A stretch of 64,000 nt of DNA from an uncultured Chloroflexia bacterium. Lineage in GTDB: Bacteria > Chloroflexota > UBA6077 > JACCZL01. Location: positions 96,001 through 160,000 of the forward strand of contig CAVXYC010000032.1 in assembly GCA_963765765.1 (NCBI GenBank). The letters run 5' to 3'. Of this stretch, positions 31,831-42,314 are shown in pieces (the first letter of the stretch is position 1; each line of letters starts with the position of its first letter). The notes beneath the pieces were generated by a model. It was not told where the DNA came from and did no database searches. It worked only from the letters and a program-made list of their open reading frames with translations. Made by a program: the position numbers and the translations under genes.

Positions 31831-33145
31831 ATGCTGAGTCGAGAAGACAACGAGCTGCTGTGCCGCACCGGCCCCGGGACGCCCATGGGCGAGCTGTTCC
31901 GCCGCTTCTGGCTGCCGGCCATGCTGGCCAGCGACCTGCCCGGACCCGGATAGTGAGCCCTGGCGCCTGCAGATCCTCGGTGAGCGGCTGGTCGCCTTCC
32001 GCGACACCAACGGGAAGGTCGGCATCCTGGACCGCCACTGTCCACACCGACTGGCCGACCTGTGGTTCGGGCGGAACGAGGAGAGCGGGCTGACCTGCGC
32101 GTATCACGGCTGGAAGTTCGACGTCGAGGGCAACACCGTCAGCATGCCGACCGAGCCGGCCGACAGCGACTTCAAGGAGCGCTTGAAGATCAAGAACTAC
32201 CCGGCCAAGGAGTTCGGCGGGGTGGTGTGGGTGTACATGGGCCCCAGGGAGCTGCAGCCGGAGCTCCCGCAGTTCGAGTGGGCGCGAGTGCCGGACGATC
32301 ATCGGGTGGTACGGACCTGGATCCAGGAATCCAACTACATGCAGGCGGCCGAAGGCGAGATCGACTCGGCTCACATCACCTTCAACCACAAGTGGTTTGG
32401 CGAGGACTATATTCCGCCGCAGCTCCGCCAGCCGTTTCGCATGACCGGCGAGGGCTCGGTATCACGCTGGCACGATGGCGCGCCGCGCCTCACCGTGAAA
32501 GAGACTGACTACGGCTTCATCTACGGCTCGCGTCGCCAGAATGCCGACGGTCAGTACTACTGGCGCTGCACGCAGTTCATGTTGCCGTTCTGGAGTCTCA
32601 TCCCGAGCCCCGTGCCGCCATTTGGCGGGCGCTGCTGGGTACCTATCGATGACGAGCACAACATGGTCTTCCAGTACTCGGGCCACCCCGACCGACCGAT
32701 GACCGAGCAAGAGCGAATGCGGCGGATGTCCAGCCCGGATCGTCTGGACAGGACCGTCTTCAAGCTCCCCGGGAGCCGTACGCTCATAGACGGCTGGCGA
32801 CCGATGCGGAATCGCGACAACGACTACCTGATCGATCGCGAGATGCAACGGACCCAGAACTTCACCGGGATTGCTTCGGGCCGCGAGCAGGATATGGCCA
32901 TGACCGACGGGATGGGCTTCATTCCGGAACGGTGGCGCGAGCATCTCGGCACCACGGATATCGCGATCATCGCCGCCCGCAAGATACTCTTGCGCATGGC
33001 GCAACAGCTCCAGAACGGCATCGAGCCGTACCCTCCGCACCACGGGGATCTGTATCGCCTGCGGCCGATCGACATCGCGTCCGACATCGACGACTTCGAA
33101 ACGCTGCTCGAGCGGCACGGCGAGCTGGGGCTTGCGCGCGTGTAG
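31831..33145 (+). CDS. Rieske oxygenase alpha subunit, phthalate 4,5-dioxygenase-like (indel near 31950)
   Basis: MLSREDNELL, CPHR...CAYHGWKFD, EGEIDSAHITFNH, EHLGTTD. Confidence 0.92.
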
Positions 33146-33648
33146 GCTGGCGTCGACTTAGGCGCAACACTGGCCACTCGGTATGGCGGCGCAAGCAACG
33201 GGGTCCGTGACGTCGCGACGGCTGACGCGACTCCCGGGCTCTGAATCCAGCCGATACTCAGCTCACACGTGCGGGCGTAATGCCGTGGCGACCGGTCCAT
33301 GAAGCCAGGCACGAGGCCTGTGTGGGCGACGCTCTATGTGACGCTGCAACGCGGAGACCGAGCGCGACACTGTTCGGTATTGTGCAGGACCAACTTGCTA
33401 CCATGGGGATAAAATCCGGATAGGGACGACGACTTCGGTGAGCAAACCGAAGTCGCGATCCGCGCGAATTTCGGCGATCCAGTGGACTCACGGCTGGTTA
33501 GCATCGTGAGCCCACAGATGCGGACCGCAATGGTGGCAGCCAGGTAATCTGGCGCACCCAAAATCCCCCGCCGTGGTCAATTACATGGCCAGGCATCGCG
33601 CGTCCACGACGCGCTGACCGGAGCTCTCAAATGAGCGGTGCCTTTTCA

Positions 33649-34603
33649 ATGACGCAACCTCGAACAGCGGAGCCGCCCCGTATGAGTCACTTCTACGGAC
33701 GCTCGTTCTGGGCTACCGTACGCCCTGGTATCACCGCGCTGGCGGCGGCGTGCCTGATGCTCTCGACGGCTCTCCCCGCTGCTGCCGCCGAAATGCGAGC
33801 CTCAGCCGCCCATCATGCATGAATTGGTGGCGCTCTCCCCGTCGTCCTTCTATGTCCGCTGGTCAGACCAGTGGGGCGAGGGCCCCGCTGACGGCCTGCG
33901 GGCCACCGTCTATCACAACGAGCGGCTCGTCCTGGCGGTCGATCTGGGCAACCAACCGGCCGCGGGCTCGGCAGAGATCGACGATCCCAACGCCATCCTT
34001 CAGCCGTCCACCCGCTACTGCGTCGGGCTCCGCGCCTACCTCGGCTCGGGCAGCCAGCGACAGCAGCACGTTCTCCGACGAGAGCAACCGCGTGTGCACC
34101 ACGACCCCCGCGGCAGCGTCGGTGAAGGTCGATCCCGCGCGTGCCGATACCCACCGAGGTGACGCCGCCCGCCGCGCCGCCGGACCTGGCGCTCGAAGCC
34201 ATCCGCGGTCGCGAGGAGCGCGAGTGGAGCGGACGTCAAAGAGACCACGCCGACGTATCTCATTGCCCTTCGGAACGACGGCGCGGATGCCGTTGGCACG
34301 GTGGTGGTGGAGATCGCCACCTCCGGGGTGCTGACGCTCGCGGATGTGACGCAGGCGACCCGCGACGGTTGGGCGGCCGACGGGTTCACCTGCACGTCCA
34401 CCACACCGTCGGGACGGGCCAATGCCGGCCTGCGCTGCACCGGCGGCACGTTGAGGTCCGGGCAGAGCACCAGTCCGGCGATTGTCGTGCGCCCCAGCCG
34501 CCCGGGCTTCGGCTACATTCACGCCTCCATCGGCATCCGCTCCGGCCCGGCGGATATGGACACCAGCGACAACAGTCAAATGCTGGCGGTGAGGATTCTG
34601 TAG
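33649..34603 (+). CDS. Secreted FN3-like plus DUF11/CARDB-like Ig protein, frameshifted
   Basis: Signal peptide, LQPSTRYCVGLRAY, SDESNRVC, PDLAL, RNDG, GFTC..LRC, DMDTSDN. Confidence 0.65.
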
Positions 34604-34644
34604 CCCTCGGCTAGCTCACTGGCTGGGTCGGGGGGCCACCTGTG

Positions 34645-35352
34645 TCAACGCGTCGTTGACGCGATAAAAAGCCCCCGACCAGTGAGACCTTCAGGGTCAA
34701 ATTCAACCGTGAGTCCGGCCGACTCGAACGCCGTTCGGTACTCTGCAAGCGTGAACAGGCCCAGGCGAATGCGCTCCCGAAATCGCTCAACACCTTCCGG
34801 GCGCGCTACCAGGTAGTGGAAGTCCAGAATTGACACTCGCCCTTTCGTCTCGCTGACGTTCATCCTCGCGATCTTCAGATTCGGGTGGTCAACAAACGTC
34901 GCGGCAGCGCGTCCATCATGCCACCGCTCTGGTGTGAACCACGGTTCCACAATGAGCACGCCATCAGCACGGAGGTGACGCGCCATCGTGCGAATAGCTC
35001 GACGAAGATCACGAACGGACGTCATGTACCCGATGGCGCTAAAGAGACACGTCATGATCTGGAATTGGCGACCAACGTCGAAGTCGCGCATGTCCGCCTG
35101 GTGCAGCGGCACGTTGGGAATCCGTTCCGCCGCAACAGCGAGCATTCCGGGGTCTGCGTCGAGCCCTTCAACTTGATAGTCCATCTGCAGATACGCAAGA
35201 TGCTGCCCCGTGCCGCAGGCAACATCCAACAGAGTGCTACCGGGCGCTATGTTGCGTGCGTTAAAAAAGCCCCGAAGCCGGTTCGCTTCGGCACAGAAGT
35301 CTTTCGTGCCTTCGTAGAGCATGTCGTAGAACCGGGCGGATGTTCGCCGCAC
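34645..35352 (-). CDS. Class I SAM-dependent methyltransferase (TylM1/DesVI-like)
   Basis: LLDVACGTG, TCLFSAIGY, VEPWF, GRGLFI. Confidence 0.92.
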   Translation of the reverse strand: MRRTSARFYDMLYEGTKDFCAEANRLRGFFNARNIAPGSTLLDVACGTGQHLAYLQMDYQVEGLDADPGMLAVAAERIPNVPLHQADMRDFDVGRQFQIMTCLFSAIGYMTSVRDLRRAIRTMARHLRADGVLIVEPWFTPERWHDGRAAATFVDHPNLKIARMNVSETKGRVSILDFHYLVARPEGVERFRERIRLGLFTLAEYRTAFESAGLTVEFDPEGLTGRGLFIASTTR

Positions 35353-35662
35353 TGTGAGCTCCAGTCCTAAGATGTTCGCACCAAGTCGGATCTACCGGTA
35401 CTCCGTCTGCTCCGTCCCTCAAGGCCACAACGATGCGGTAATCGGAATGACGTTGTAGCTGGGTGAAAGACGCAGGTCGAGTCATAGTTCGACTTGGCCG
35501 GCAAGCCTGTGGAGTCGACGCGGGCATCCACCAAACTCCTTCCTCCCCGTCACCAGGGGGAATGGGCCGCTCCGACACGCGTGGGTTCGAGCCACTCGAA
35601 TGAACCCTGCAAGGGCTGGGTCCTCGCAAACTTGGTCCTGATACCTCAGGAGCCGGTCCTCG

Positions 35663-35691
35663 TTGACAGTGTTCTGGCTCGCTGCTAACGT
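35663..35691 (+). promoter_or_regulatory. Sigma70-type promoter for the TctC-amidohydrolase pair
   Basis: TTGACA-17 bp-TAACGT with extended TG. Confidence 0.5.
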
Positions 35692-35721
35692 GGCCACAGC
35701 CTGGGTTCTGGAGTACGTGCT

Positions 35722-36942
35722 GTGCTGCGCCTCCGTCTCCCGTCGATCGTAATCGTCGCTTCCTGTTTATTGCTGAGCCTGGCATGCTCATCGCCGTCAC
35801 CAGCGTCGTCCCCACCGGCCGCTGCGAAACCTACGGCGCTAACGTCAAGCTCGCCGGAGTCTAGTAGCGTAGCGGCAGCGAGTCCAGCTTCCAAGCCGGC
35901 GGCATCGCCTGCGATCGCCTCGTCCGGGGCCGCCCTGCCCGCCGTCAACACTGAAGAGGCCGCCCGATACTTTGGAGGCAAGTCCATCACCGTAACCGTG
36001 GGGTATGCCCCCGGCGGTGGATTCGACACATTCGCCCGAATTCTCGCTGTCCACATGCCGCGTTTCATTCCAGGTAACCCCAACATGATTGTGACAAACG
36101 TTCCGGGCGCGGATTCACTGGTGGCGGCGCAGGCCCTACAGCGCAAGGCACCCGGCAACGGCCTGGATATTGGCGTCTTCACGCTGGGGCTTATTCCGCG
36201 CTCGCTCCTAGGTGAAAAGATCGAGGGATTCGATCCAGCGGGCTTCGACTACCTGGGCATGCCGGATTCAGCGCCGAACGAATCCATGGTCTGTTCAAGA
36301 ACCGCTGTGGCGAATTCCCTCGATGCGTTCATGCAAAGCGGTCGAAAGCTCAAGATTGGCTCCACCGGCGGAGTTGGAAATGTTCCACTCATGATGGAAT
36401 GGGCGGTGCTGGCAGGCTTTCCGATTGAGATCGTGTCCGGCTATGGCGGGACTTCCGAGGCCAGCCAGGCATTTGATCGCGGCGAGCTGGAGATCAATGG
36501 ATTCTGCGATGCCAGCACTTCCAGTCGGTATCCGCACTGGTTTGGCGCGGAGCAATTCGCGACCCCGCTGTTCTACTTCAGCCAGAGGCCGAAGTTCATG
36601 GAACCGATGTTGAGCCAAGGGAAGTACCCATGGTTCAGGCAAGCATTTGATGTTGTCAATGTCACGAGCGCTCAGCGACGCGCGCTAGAGGCGCACATCA
36701 GTTTTGGCGGATCGCGGGTATTTGCGCTGCCCGCGCGCACCCCGGAGAACGTCGCTGCAGCCCTGCAGCGGGCTTTCGCCGAAACCGTCAACGATCCGAC
36801 CGTTCAGGCGGATTTGCTACAGCGCAACTACGAGGTAGGGCTCCTCAGCGGGACGGATATGCAGCGCACCATTCGAGAGTTCGCGGATCAACCGCCGGAT
36901 GTTCTTGAAGTTCTTCGACGCATGTACAAGATCGGGAGCTGA
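35722..36942 (+). CDS. Bug/TctC-family substrate-binding lipoprotein
   Basis: Lipobox SLAC, AAKP/AASP tether, PGGGFD, NVPGA, GYGGT, DRGE. Confidence 0.9.
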   Translation: MLRLRLPSIVIVASCLLLSLACSSPSPASSPPAAAKPTALTSSSPESSSVAAASPASKPAASPAIASSGAALPAVNTEEAARYFGGKSITVTVGYAPGGGFDTFARILAVHMPRFIPGNPNMIVTNVPGADSLVAAQALQRKAPGNGLDIGVFTLGLIPRSLLGEKIEGFDPAGFDYLGMPDSAPNESMVCSRTAVANSLDAFMQSGRKLKIGSTGGVGNVPLMMEWAVLAGFPIEIVSGYGGTSEASQAFDRGELEINGFCDASTSSRYPHWFGAEQFATPLFYFSQRPKFMEPMLSQGKYPWFRQAFDVVNVTSAQRRALEAHISFGGSRVFALPARTPENVAAALQRAFAETVNDPTVQADLLQRNYEVGLLSGTDMQRTIREFADQPPDVLEVLRRMYKIGS

Positions 36943-36945
36943 ACG

Positions 36946-38043
36946 ATGACTCAGACCGCAACAAACGACCACGCGGGAACGGCACGCGGATATCTCACGA
37001 TAGACGCGGATGCTCACGTCGTGGAATCCGAGCATACCTGGGATTTCATGGATGCATCCGATCAAAAGTATCGGCCCGTGATCATCTCTTCCAGCGAAGA
37101 TCCGGGGGTTCGGTACTGGTACGCGGACGGAAAGACGCGTCGGCCGGCGGTCCAGGTGGCCACCGCGGACACCAGCCGTCGAGTGGCAACTGACGCCTCT
37201 TCTGCTGGAATGGAAGATGTGAGCGTTCGCCTGCGAGACATGGATGAGCTGGGGATCGATGTTCAGGTGGTGCATTCCACGATATTCATCGAGACCGTTG
37301 CCGATCGCCCTGAGGCTGAAGTAGCCATTTGTAAAGGGTGGAACCGATGGATGGCCGACATCTGGCGGCGGGGAGAGGGGCGAATCCGTTGGTCATGCGT
37401 GCTGCCGTTGCTCAGCATGCCGGATGCGCTCTCAGAGCTCGAATTCGCTAGGGCGAACGGTGCGTGCGCGGTGTTCCTGCGCAGCGTGGAAGGGCACCGG
37501 TTGCTGCAGGATCCTTACTTTTTCCCACTGTATGAAGCTGCAAGCCGGTTGGACATGGCTATGGCCGTGCACGTGGGGACGGCCAATGAGTGGCTGTGCG
37601 AGCTACTCAACCAGCGAATGGGGATGAGCCGGGGCTTCTGGCGCTTCCGGGCCATCATGGTAGGCGCATTCCATGCGCTCGTTATGAGCGGCGCACTCGA
37701 TGACTTCCCGAAGCTGCGATTCGGGTTTTTGGAGTCCGGTGCTCAATGGCTCCCATTCGTCATCCGCGACATGGTGCGTCGCGCTGAAGGGCAGGGCAAA
37801 GCGATTAGTCCAAACGTGCTGCAAGACAATCGCATCTGGGTGACCTGCCAGACCGATGACGATCTTCCTTACGTACTCAAGTACGCGGGCGAGGACCACC
37901 TACTCATCGGGACTGATTACGGGCACGCCGACCAATCAAGCGAGCTCGATGCGCTCGACAACCTGGCGCGCTCCGGGGAGATTGACGAGCACCTGGTTCG
38001 AAAGATCAGCTCCGATAACCCAAGGGCGTTCTACGGGCTGTAG
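36946..38043 (+). CDS. Amidohydrolase-2 family protein (ACMSD/decarboxylase-like)
   Basis: IDADAHVVE, MDELGID, AVHVG, FLESG, GTDYGH. Confidence 0.92.
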   Translation: MTQTATNDHAGTARGYLTIDADAHVVESEHTWDFMDASDQKYRPVIISSSEDPGVRYWYADGKTRRPAVQVATADTSRRVATDASSAGMEDVSVRLRDMDELGIDVQVVHSTIFIETVADRPEAEVAICKGWNRWMADIWRRGEGRIRWSCVLPLLSMPDALSELEFARANGACAVFLRSVEGHRLLQDPYFFPLYEAASRLDMAMAVHVGTANEWLCELLNQRMGMSRGFWRFRAIMVGAFHALVMSGALDDFPKLRFGFLESGAQWLPFVIRDMVRRAEGQGKAISPNVLQDNRIWVTCQTDDDLPYVLKYAGEDHLLIGTDYGHADQSSELDALDNLARSGEIDEHLVRKISSDNPRAFYGL

Positions 38044-38318
38044 GAACCAAGCGGTGAGCATCTATCTGGGCTGACTGGGTGGCCGCTTCAAACGTCGCGG
38101 CCTACGAGATGAATCGCGATGACTGATGCGATCCATCCGAGATGACTGAAGAGCCTGTCCCGCAGCCTTCCGATCGAAGAAGGAGAGCGCGCGACAAGCT
38201 CCTCTTGTTGAAGCCGGCTCGAATCTCCATTAAGTCATTGGCTCGTAAGCCGGCGAATTGCGACTCCCAGTTTCGCTGACCCTGGGCACGGTCGTATTTG
38301 CCTGCTGGTTATGCTCAG

Positions 38319-38735
38319 CTAGATGCCGAATCTGTGACTCTTTCGCGGTTCGGGCTGCTCGATGGCCTCGCGATCACGAAGCGGCGCAACGCGCCAGCGG
38401 CCATAAGCTACGAACGCCGACAAGACACCCAGCACAAACGGCACGATGGCGGGCAACACGCCCAAGGTGAAGATCGTGGTTACGGTGGCGCCAACCATGA
38501 TGATCACGAGTCCGGCCGCTGCGAGTGGCGTCAGTCCCGTCCAAAGCCGCAGTACTCCCGGCAAAATCAGACCAAAGGCGGCCAGCACCTCGGCGGTCCC
38601 GATAAACCGCAGGAACATCTCAGGAAACGGCGTCTGCGCCGTCAGCTCCTCGACCGGCATCACCAGCTTCATGCCGCCCATCAGTAAGAAGACCGCGGCG
38701 AGCAGCACCTGGACTATCCACAATCCAACGGACAT
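38319..38735 (-). CDS. DoxX family membrane protein
   Basis: WIVQVLLA..F...GMK, IGTAEVL, LTPLAAAGL. Confidence 0.9.
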   Translation of the reverse strand: MSVGLWIVQVLLAAVFLLMGGMKLVMPVEELTAQTPFPEMFLRFIGTAEVLAAFGLILPGVLRLWTGLTPLAAAGLVIIMVGATVTTIFTLGVLPAIVPFVLGVLSAFVAYGRWRVAPLRDREAIEQPEPRKSHRFGI

Positions 38736-38809
38736 GATTGTTTTCCTCCCTACTAAATTTCAAGTGATGACGGCGCGAAAGACGCATACCGCGTGGAGCA
38801 CCTACTGGC

Positions 38810-39166
38810 TCAGGAAGCGATGTTGTCCGACGTGGCCTCAGCGAACACAAGCTGGTTTCCGTCCGGATCGCTCACCAGGGCCGTCTTGACAATGTCCGCG
38901 TTTGTGGTCTTGCCGATCTTGATCCCCTCCGCCTCAAGGTGGCGGAGCTGCTCATCGAGATCGCTCACCGCCAGCGTGACCGAAGACGAGCCCGCTCGGG
39001 CTTTGTCCTGAAACACCTGGAGCCAACCTCCTTTCGGGAACCGCCATTCGGCAACTTCGGGCATTGGCCGGCTGTCAGCGGGGCGTTTGAAGACTCGCTC
39101 ATACCAGCTTGCGGCGGTCCCAAGGTCGTTTACCGCAACGCCGGCCAGGGCATTGGAAACGGTCAT
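38810..39166 (-). CDS. VOC/glyoxalase family protein
   Basis: VNDLGTAASWYE, DPDGN. Confidence 0.9.
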   Translation of the reverse strand: MTVSNALAGVAVNDLGTAASWYERVFKRPADSRPMPEVAEWRFPKGGWLQVFQDKARAGSSSVTLAVSDLDEQLRHLEAEGIKIGKTTNADIVKTALVSDPDGNQLVFAEATSDNIAS

Positions 39167-39422
39167 AGCTCTGGTCCTCCTCAGATTCGCTGAACGCCGG
39201 AGCACTGTCATCGCCAGGCAGGCGGACAGCGGTCACACTGAGATGGTCGCAAGTTCTAGACCTGTTGGCTCAGATAACTCAGAGCCCTGATTCGTGAATA
39301 CCGATTGGGGAATTCACGATCTGGATTGGCGATTCTGGTCGACTCATAGCGAGGTCAGGCATGCGTCGGTAAGGGCAGCTCGTACGCCAGGTTCCGGCTG
39401 AACGTTGCCGCTTCCAGCTTGT

Positions 39423-39740
39423 CTATTCGACGACGATCGTGTGCTCATCAACAGTGACGCGCACGAGCTCGTCCATGAACTTGGGGATGTCCGCCGCGAT
39501 GGCGGTTCCGATCGGGCTCGCAAAAGCGGCCTCAAGCGCCTCTTGAGAATCGAACCACAACTCAGAGAATCCGTCGTATGCGGCTCCAGGCTCAGTCTCG
39601 CGGTCAATGAAATTGACGGTGTAACGACGCAATCCGGGAAACTGCCGGGCCAGCGGAGCGTGGACGTCCAGCCAATGCTTGCGGAACTCTGCCGTGGAAA
39701 GACCAGCTCGCTTGCGAATGAGCCCGACCAATTTCACCAT
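39423..39740 (-). CDS. EthD family protein
   Basis: EFRKHWLDVHAPL, PGLRRY, YDGFSELWFD. Confidence 0.92.
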   Translation of the reverse strand: MVKLVGLIRKRAGLSTAEFRKHWLDVHAPLARQFPGLRRYTVNFIDRETEPGAAYDGFSELWFDSQEALEAAFASPIGTAIAADIPKFMDELVRVTVDEHTIVVE

Positions 39741-40073
39741 TTCATGCTCTCCGGTGTGGGTATCGCCGAAGCCGCGAGCGTTGTGACCGAGGCTTCCGCG
39801 GTTCGGACGTTAATCCAGTAGCGCTTTCGCAAACTCCTGCATGCGGGCGTGCTCGTCAATCATCGGCTCCGTGTCCGCATAGATGTACGTATTGCCAGGC
39901 GTGAGAATAACGTCAGGATCGCCCGGCGGAACGTCGGCTCGCCGACTGTTCGCCGATTTGGGTGCTCGCGAGGCGGCCTCGACGGCCGGGCGGGCAGGGA
40001 CGCCCGCGCTGCGGACCCGCCGGGGAAGCTGTGGACCAAGTTTTGCTCATCGCCTACCTCGCATAATGCACGC

Positions 40074-41180
40074 ATGCCAGAGACGGTACTAACACAGCGA
40101 GATCTGAATCGCGCGCTTCTGGCCCGTCAGATGCTGCTGGAGCGTGAAAAGGCTTCGGCCGTAGAGGTCGTTGAGCGGCTGGCGGGCATGCAAGGTCAGC
40201 AGCCGAGGCCGCCGTTTGTCGGTCTCTGGTCGCGCATCAGCGATTTCCACGCTGATGAGCTTCGGAGCGCCTATCACGATCGCACAATCGTACGAGCTAC
40301 ATTGATGCGCGCGACACTGCATCTCATGAGCGCGCGCCATTACCAGCAGCTACGGATGCCGCTACAGCCGATGTTGACAGCCGGTCTGCGTGCGGTGCTG
40401 CGTCAACGCGCTGAAGGGATCGATCTCCCCGACTTACTCGAGAGAGCCCGAGCGCATTTTGAGAAGGGCCCAAGCACGTTTGGAGATCTGCGCGCGGCGC
40501 TGGCCAGCCACTTTCCCGATCTGGATGAGCGGGCGATGGGCTACACGGTGCGGCTCAATCTGCCGCTGGTCATGGTGCCAGATGAATCGACCTGGGCGTT
40601 TCCCGCCAATGCGAAGTTCACCATGGCAGACGTGTGGCTCGGCAAGAACCCGGACGAGAGTGAAGATGCTCGAGAGCTCGTGCGAGCGTACCTGGCTGCG
40701 TTTGGTCCTGCCGCCGCGGCCGACATGCAGGCCTGGTCTGGCCTTGGCGGCATGCAAGGTGTCTTGAAAGGCATGCGCGACGAGCTGGTGTCGTTCCGAG
40801 ATGACCGCAAGCGCGAGCTGTTTGATCTTCCAGAGGCGCCTCGCCCGCCCGCCGACACGCCCGCTTCGATCCGCTTCCTGCCAGATTTCGACAATATCGT
40901 TCTCGCGCATGCCGATCGCCGCAGAATCATTGCGGAGGAATTCCGACCTCGCGTGGTCACCAAGAATCTTCTCGTTCTGGCGACGTTCCTGGTGGACGGC
41001 TTCGCAGCCGGCATCTGGAAGATTGAGCGCAAGCGCAAGGCTGCAACGCTTACGCTTTCACCGTTTGAGCCGATCAACAAAAAGCAGCTTGCCGCGGTCA
41101 CCGAAGAGGGCGAGCAGCTCATGCGGTTTCTTGAGCCCGAAGCAGAAAGTTACGACGTCCAGGTGGATACGTCAGCCTAA
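40074..41180 (+). CDS. AlkZ/YcaQ (HTH_42) family DNA glycosylase
   Basis: LNRALLARQ, QGQ catalytic-type motif, GLWSR, MRATLH, RFLPDFD; CATAAT 6 nt before ATG suggests a leaderless mRNA. Confidence 0.9.
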   Translation: MPETVLTQRDLNRALLARQMLLEREKASAVEVVERLAGMQGQQPRPPFVGLWSRISDFHADELRSAYHDRTIVRATLMRATLHLMSARHYQQLRMPLQPMLTAGLRAVLRQRAEGIDLPDLLERARAHFEKGPSTFGDLRAALASHFPDLDERAMGYTVRLNLPLVMVPDESTWAFPANAKFTMADVWLGKNPDESEDARELVRAYLAAFGPAAAADMQAWSGLGGMQGVLKGMRDELVSFRDDRKRELFDLPEAPRPPADTPASIRFLPDFDNIVLAHADRRRIIAEEFRPRVVTKNLLVLATFLVDGFAAGIWKIERKRKAATLTLSPFEPINKKQLAAVTEEGEQLMRFLEPEAESYDVQVDTSA

Positions 41181-41181
41181 T

Positions 41182-41475
41182 CCCAGGTTTTTCCGCGTCC
41201 GTATCTGGTTTGTCGGCCTCGTCATCAGCGTGGGCTCCGGCGTGGTCATCGGCATTGCGTCCCTGGTTCTGGCTTTCGTGCTGGTCATCCCGGGGGCTTT
41301 GCTCTGGTGGCCTCTTGGCCCTGGCGCCGTGACACTGGGCTACATTTTTATGGCCGGTACGGCGGTGTTCCTGCTTCTGTTCGTCATGGGCGCGGTAAGC
41401 AATGCGCTCTCGTGGAGCTATTGGTCGCTCGAGTATCTACGCGTGGTTGAAGGAGAACCTGTACCGGCTGCGTAG
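41182..41475 (+). pseudogene. C-terminal remnant of a membrane protein
   Basis: 2-3 hydrophobic segments ending YWSLEYLRV; no start codon; begins at the alkZ-like stop. Confidence 0.5.
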
Positions 41476-41538
41476 CCGGCCAACATACGCTCCGCACAGG
41501 AGTAAGGTAAGGGTAGCATGTGCCCGGGGAGGCAACCG

Positions 41539-41811
41539 ATGCTGCGATTCCGTCGAGCCTATGGGGCACCTACGACCTTTAGTGGAATCACTGTCACACC
41601 CGAGGCTCGGGTCGTCGTGTGGCGTGGGGCCAGAGGCGGATTTGTCTGGAACCGTCCGAGCGCTGTGCTGGTGGAGCAAGCGGGGCGTACGAAACGGATT
41701 CCCATCCTGAATGTGAACCGCCTTCTGCAACTGTTCGTCTTGGGCATGATCGTTGCCGTACCTCTCATGCAATACTTGACACGTAGGCTCGAAAAGGAGT
41801 TCGACCGATGA
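41539..41811 (+). CDS. Small membrane protein
   Basis: GGAGG SD, GGFVWNRP, RIPI, one C-terminal TM; ATGA overlap with the next gene. Confidence 0.75.
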   Translation: MLRFRRAYGAPTTFSGITVTPEARVVVWRGARGGFVWNRPSAVLVEQAGRTKRIPILNVNRLLQLFVLGMIVAVPLMQYLTRRLEKEFDR

Positions 41812-42251
41812 TCAATGAGCTACGAGAAGCCACGGCATCCACAAACAACGAACCGGCGTTTGGAGCGGAGCTGGTGCGCCGAATCTATGACGCGGCCACT
41901 CCAGCGGCGGTATACGGCCAGCCGATCGTTCATGGGGAATACATGATCGTGACAGCATCGGAGGTAGCGGCTGGCGGCGGCTTTGGATTTGGCCGTGGCT
42001 TCGGCATTGACCCGTCCGGCAACGTCAGCACATCAGGCGATTCGTCATCTGGCGGTGGCGGAGGCGCGGGTGGCGGTGGTGGAGGAGCCGGCGGCCGCCC
42101 CGTGGCGGTCATCGAGATCGGTCCAAACGGCGTGAGGATAAAACCCGTTGTCGATGTGACGAAGTTCATGCTCGGCGCGATAAGCGCCTGGGTGGCAATT
42201 GCGGTCGCGCTCGGAAAATGGCGCCGGTTCCGGCTGCCGTGGGCGAGATAG
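41808..42251 (+). CDS. YtfJ/GerW family protein
   Basis: VYGQPI, GGGFGFG, GGGGG..RPVAVI, VRIKPVVD. Confidence 0.85.
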   Translation: MINELREATASTNNEPAFGAELVRRIYDAATPAAVYGQPIVHGEYMIVTASEVAAGGGFGFGRGFGIDPSGNVSTSGDSSSGGGGGAGGGGGGAGGRPVAVIEIGPNGVRIKPVVDVTKFMLGAISAWVAIAVALGKWRRFRLPWAR

Positions 42252-42272
42252 AGCCTCGATCTATCAGCTCAT

Positions 42273-42314
42273 GCTAGGACTGCCCCTCCTCGTCCCAGGA
42301 GCGGCAGTCCTAGC
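42273..42314. terminator. Hairpin between convergent genes
   Basis: gctaggactgcc...ggcagtcctagc. Confidence 0.55.

Noticed and set aside
33146-33648. ncRNA in a 500-bp intergenic region with hairpin cgacttcggt...accgaagtcg
   Set aside because: Isolated hairpins only; no family signature.
35340-35560. Possible MazF/PemK remnant (GVWW...TRPA...RIVVAL)
   Set aside because: Similarity is too weak by eye and it overlaps the methyltransferase start; needs a profile search.
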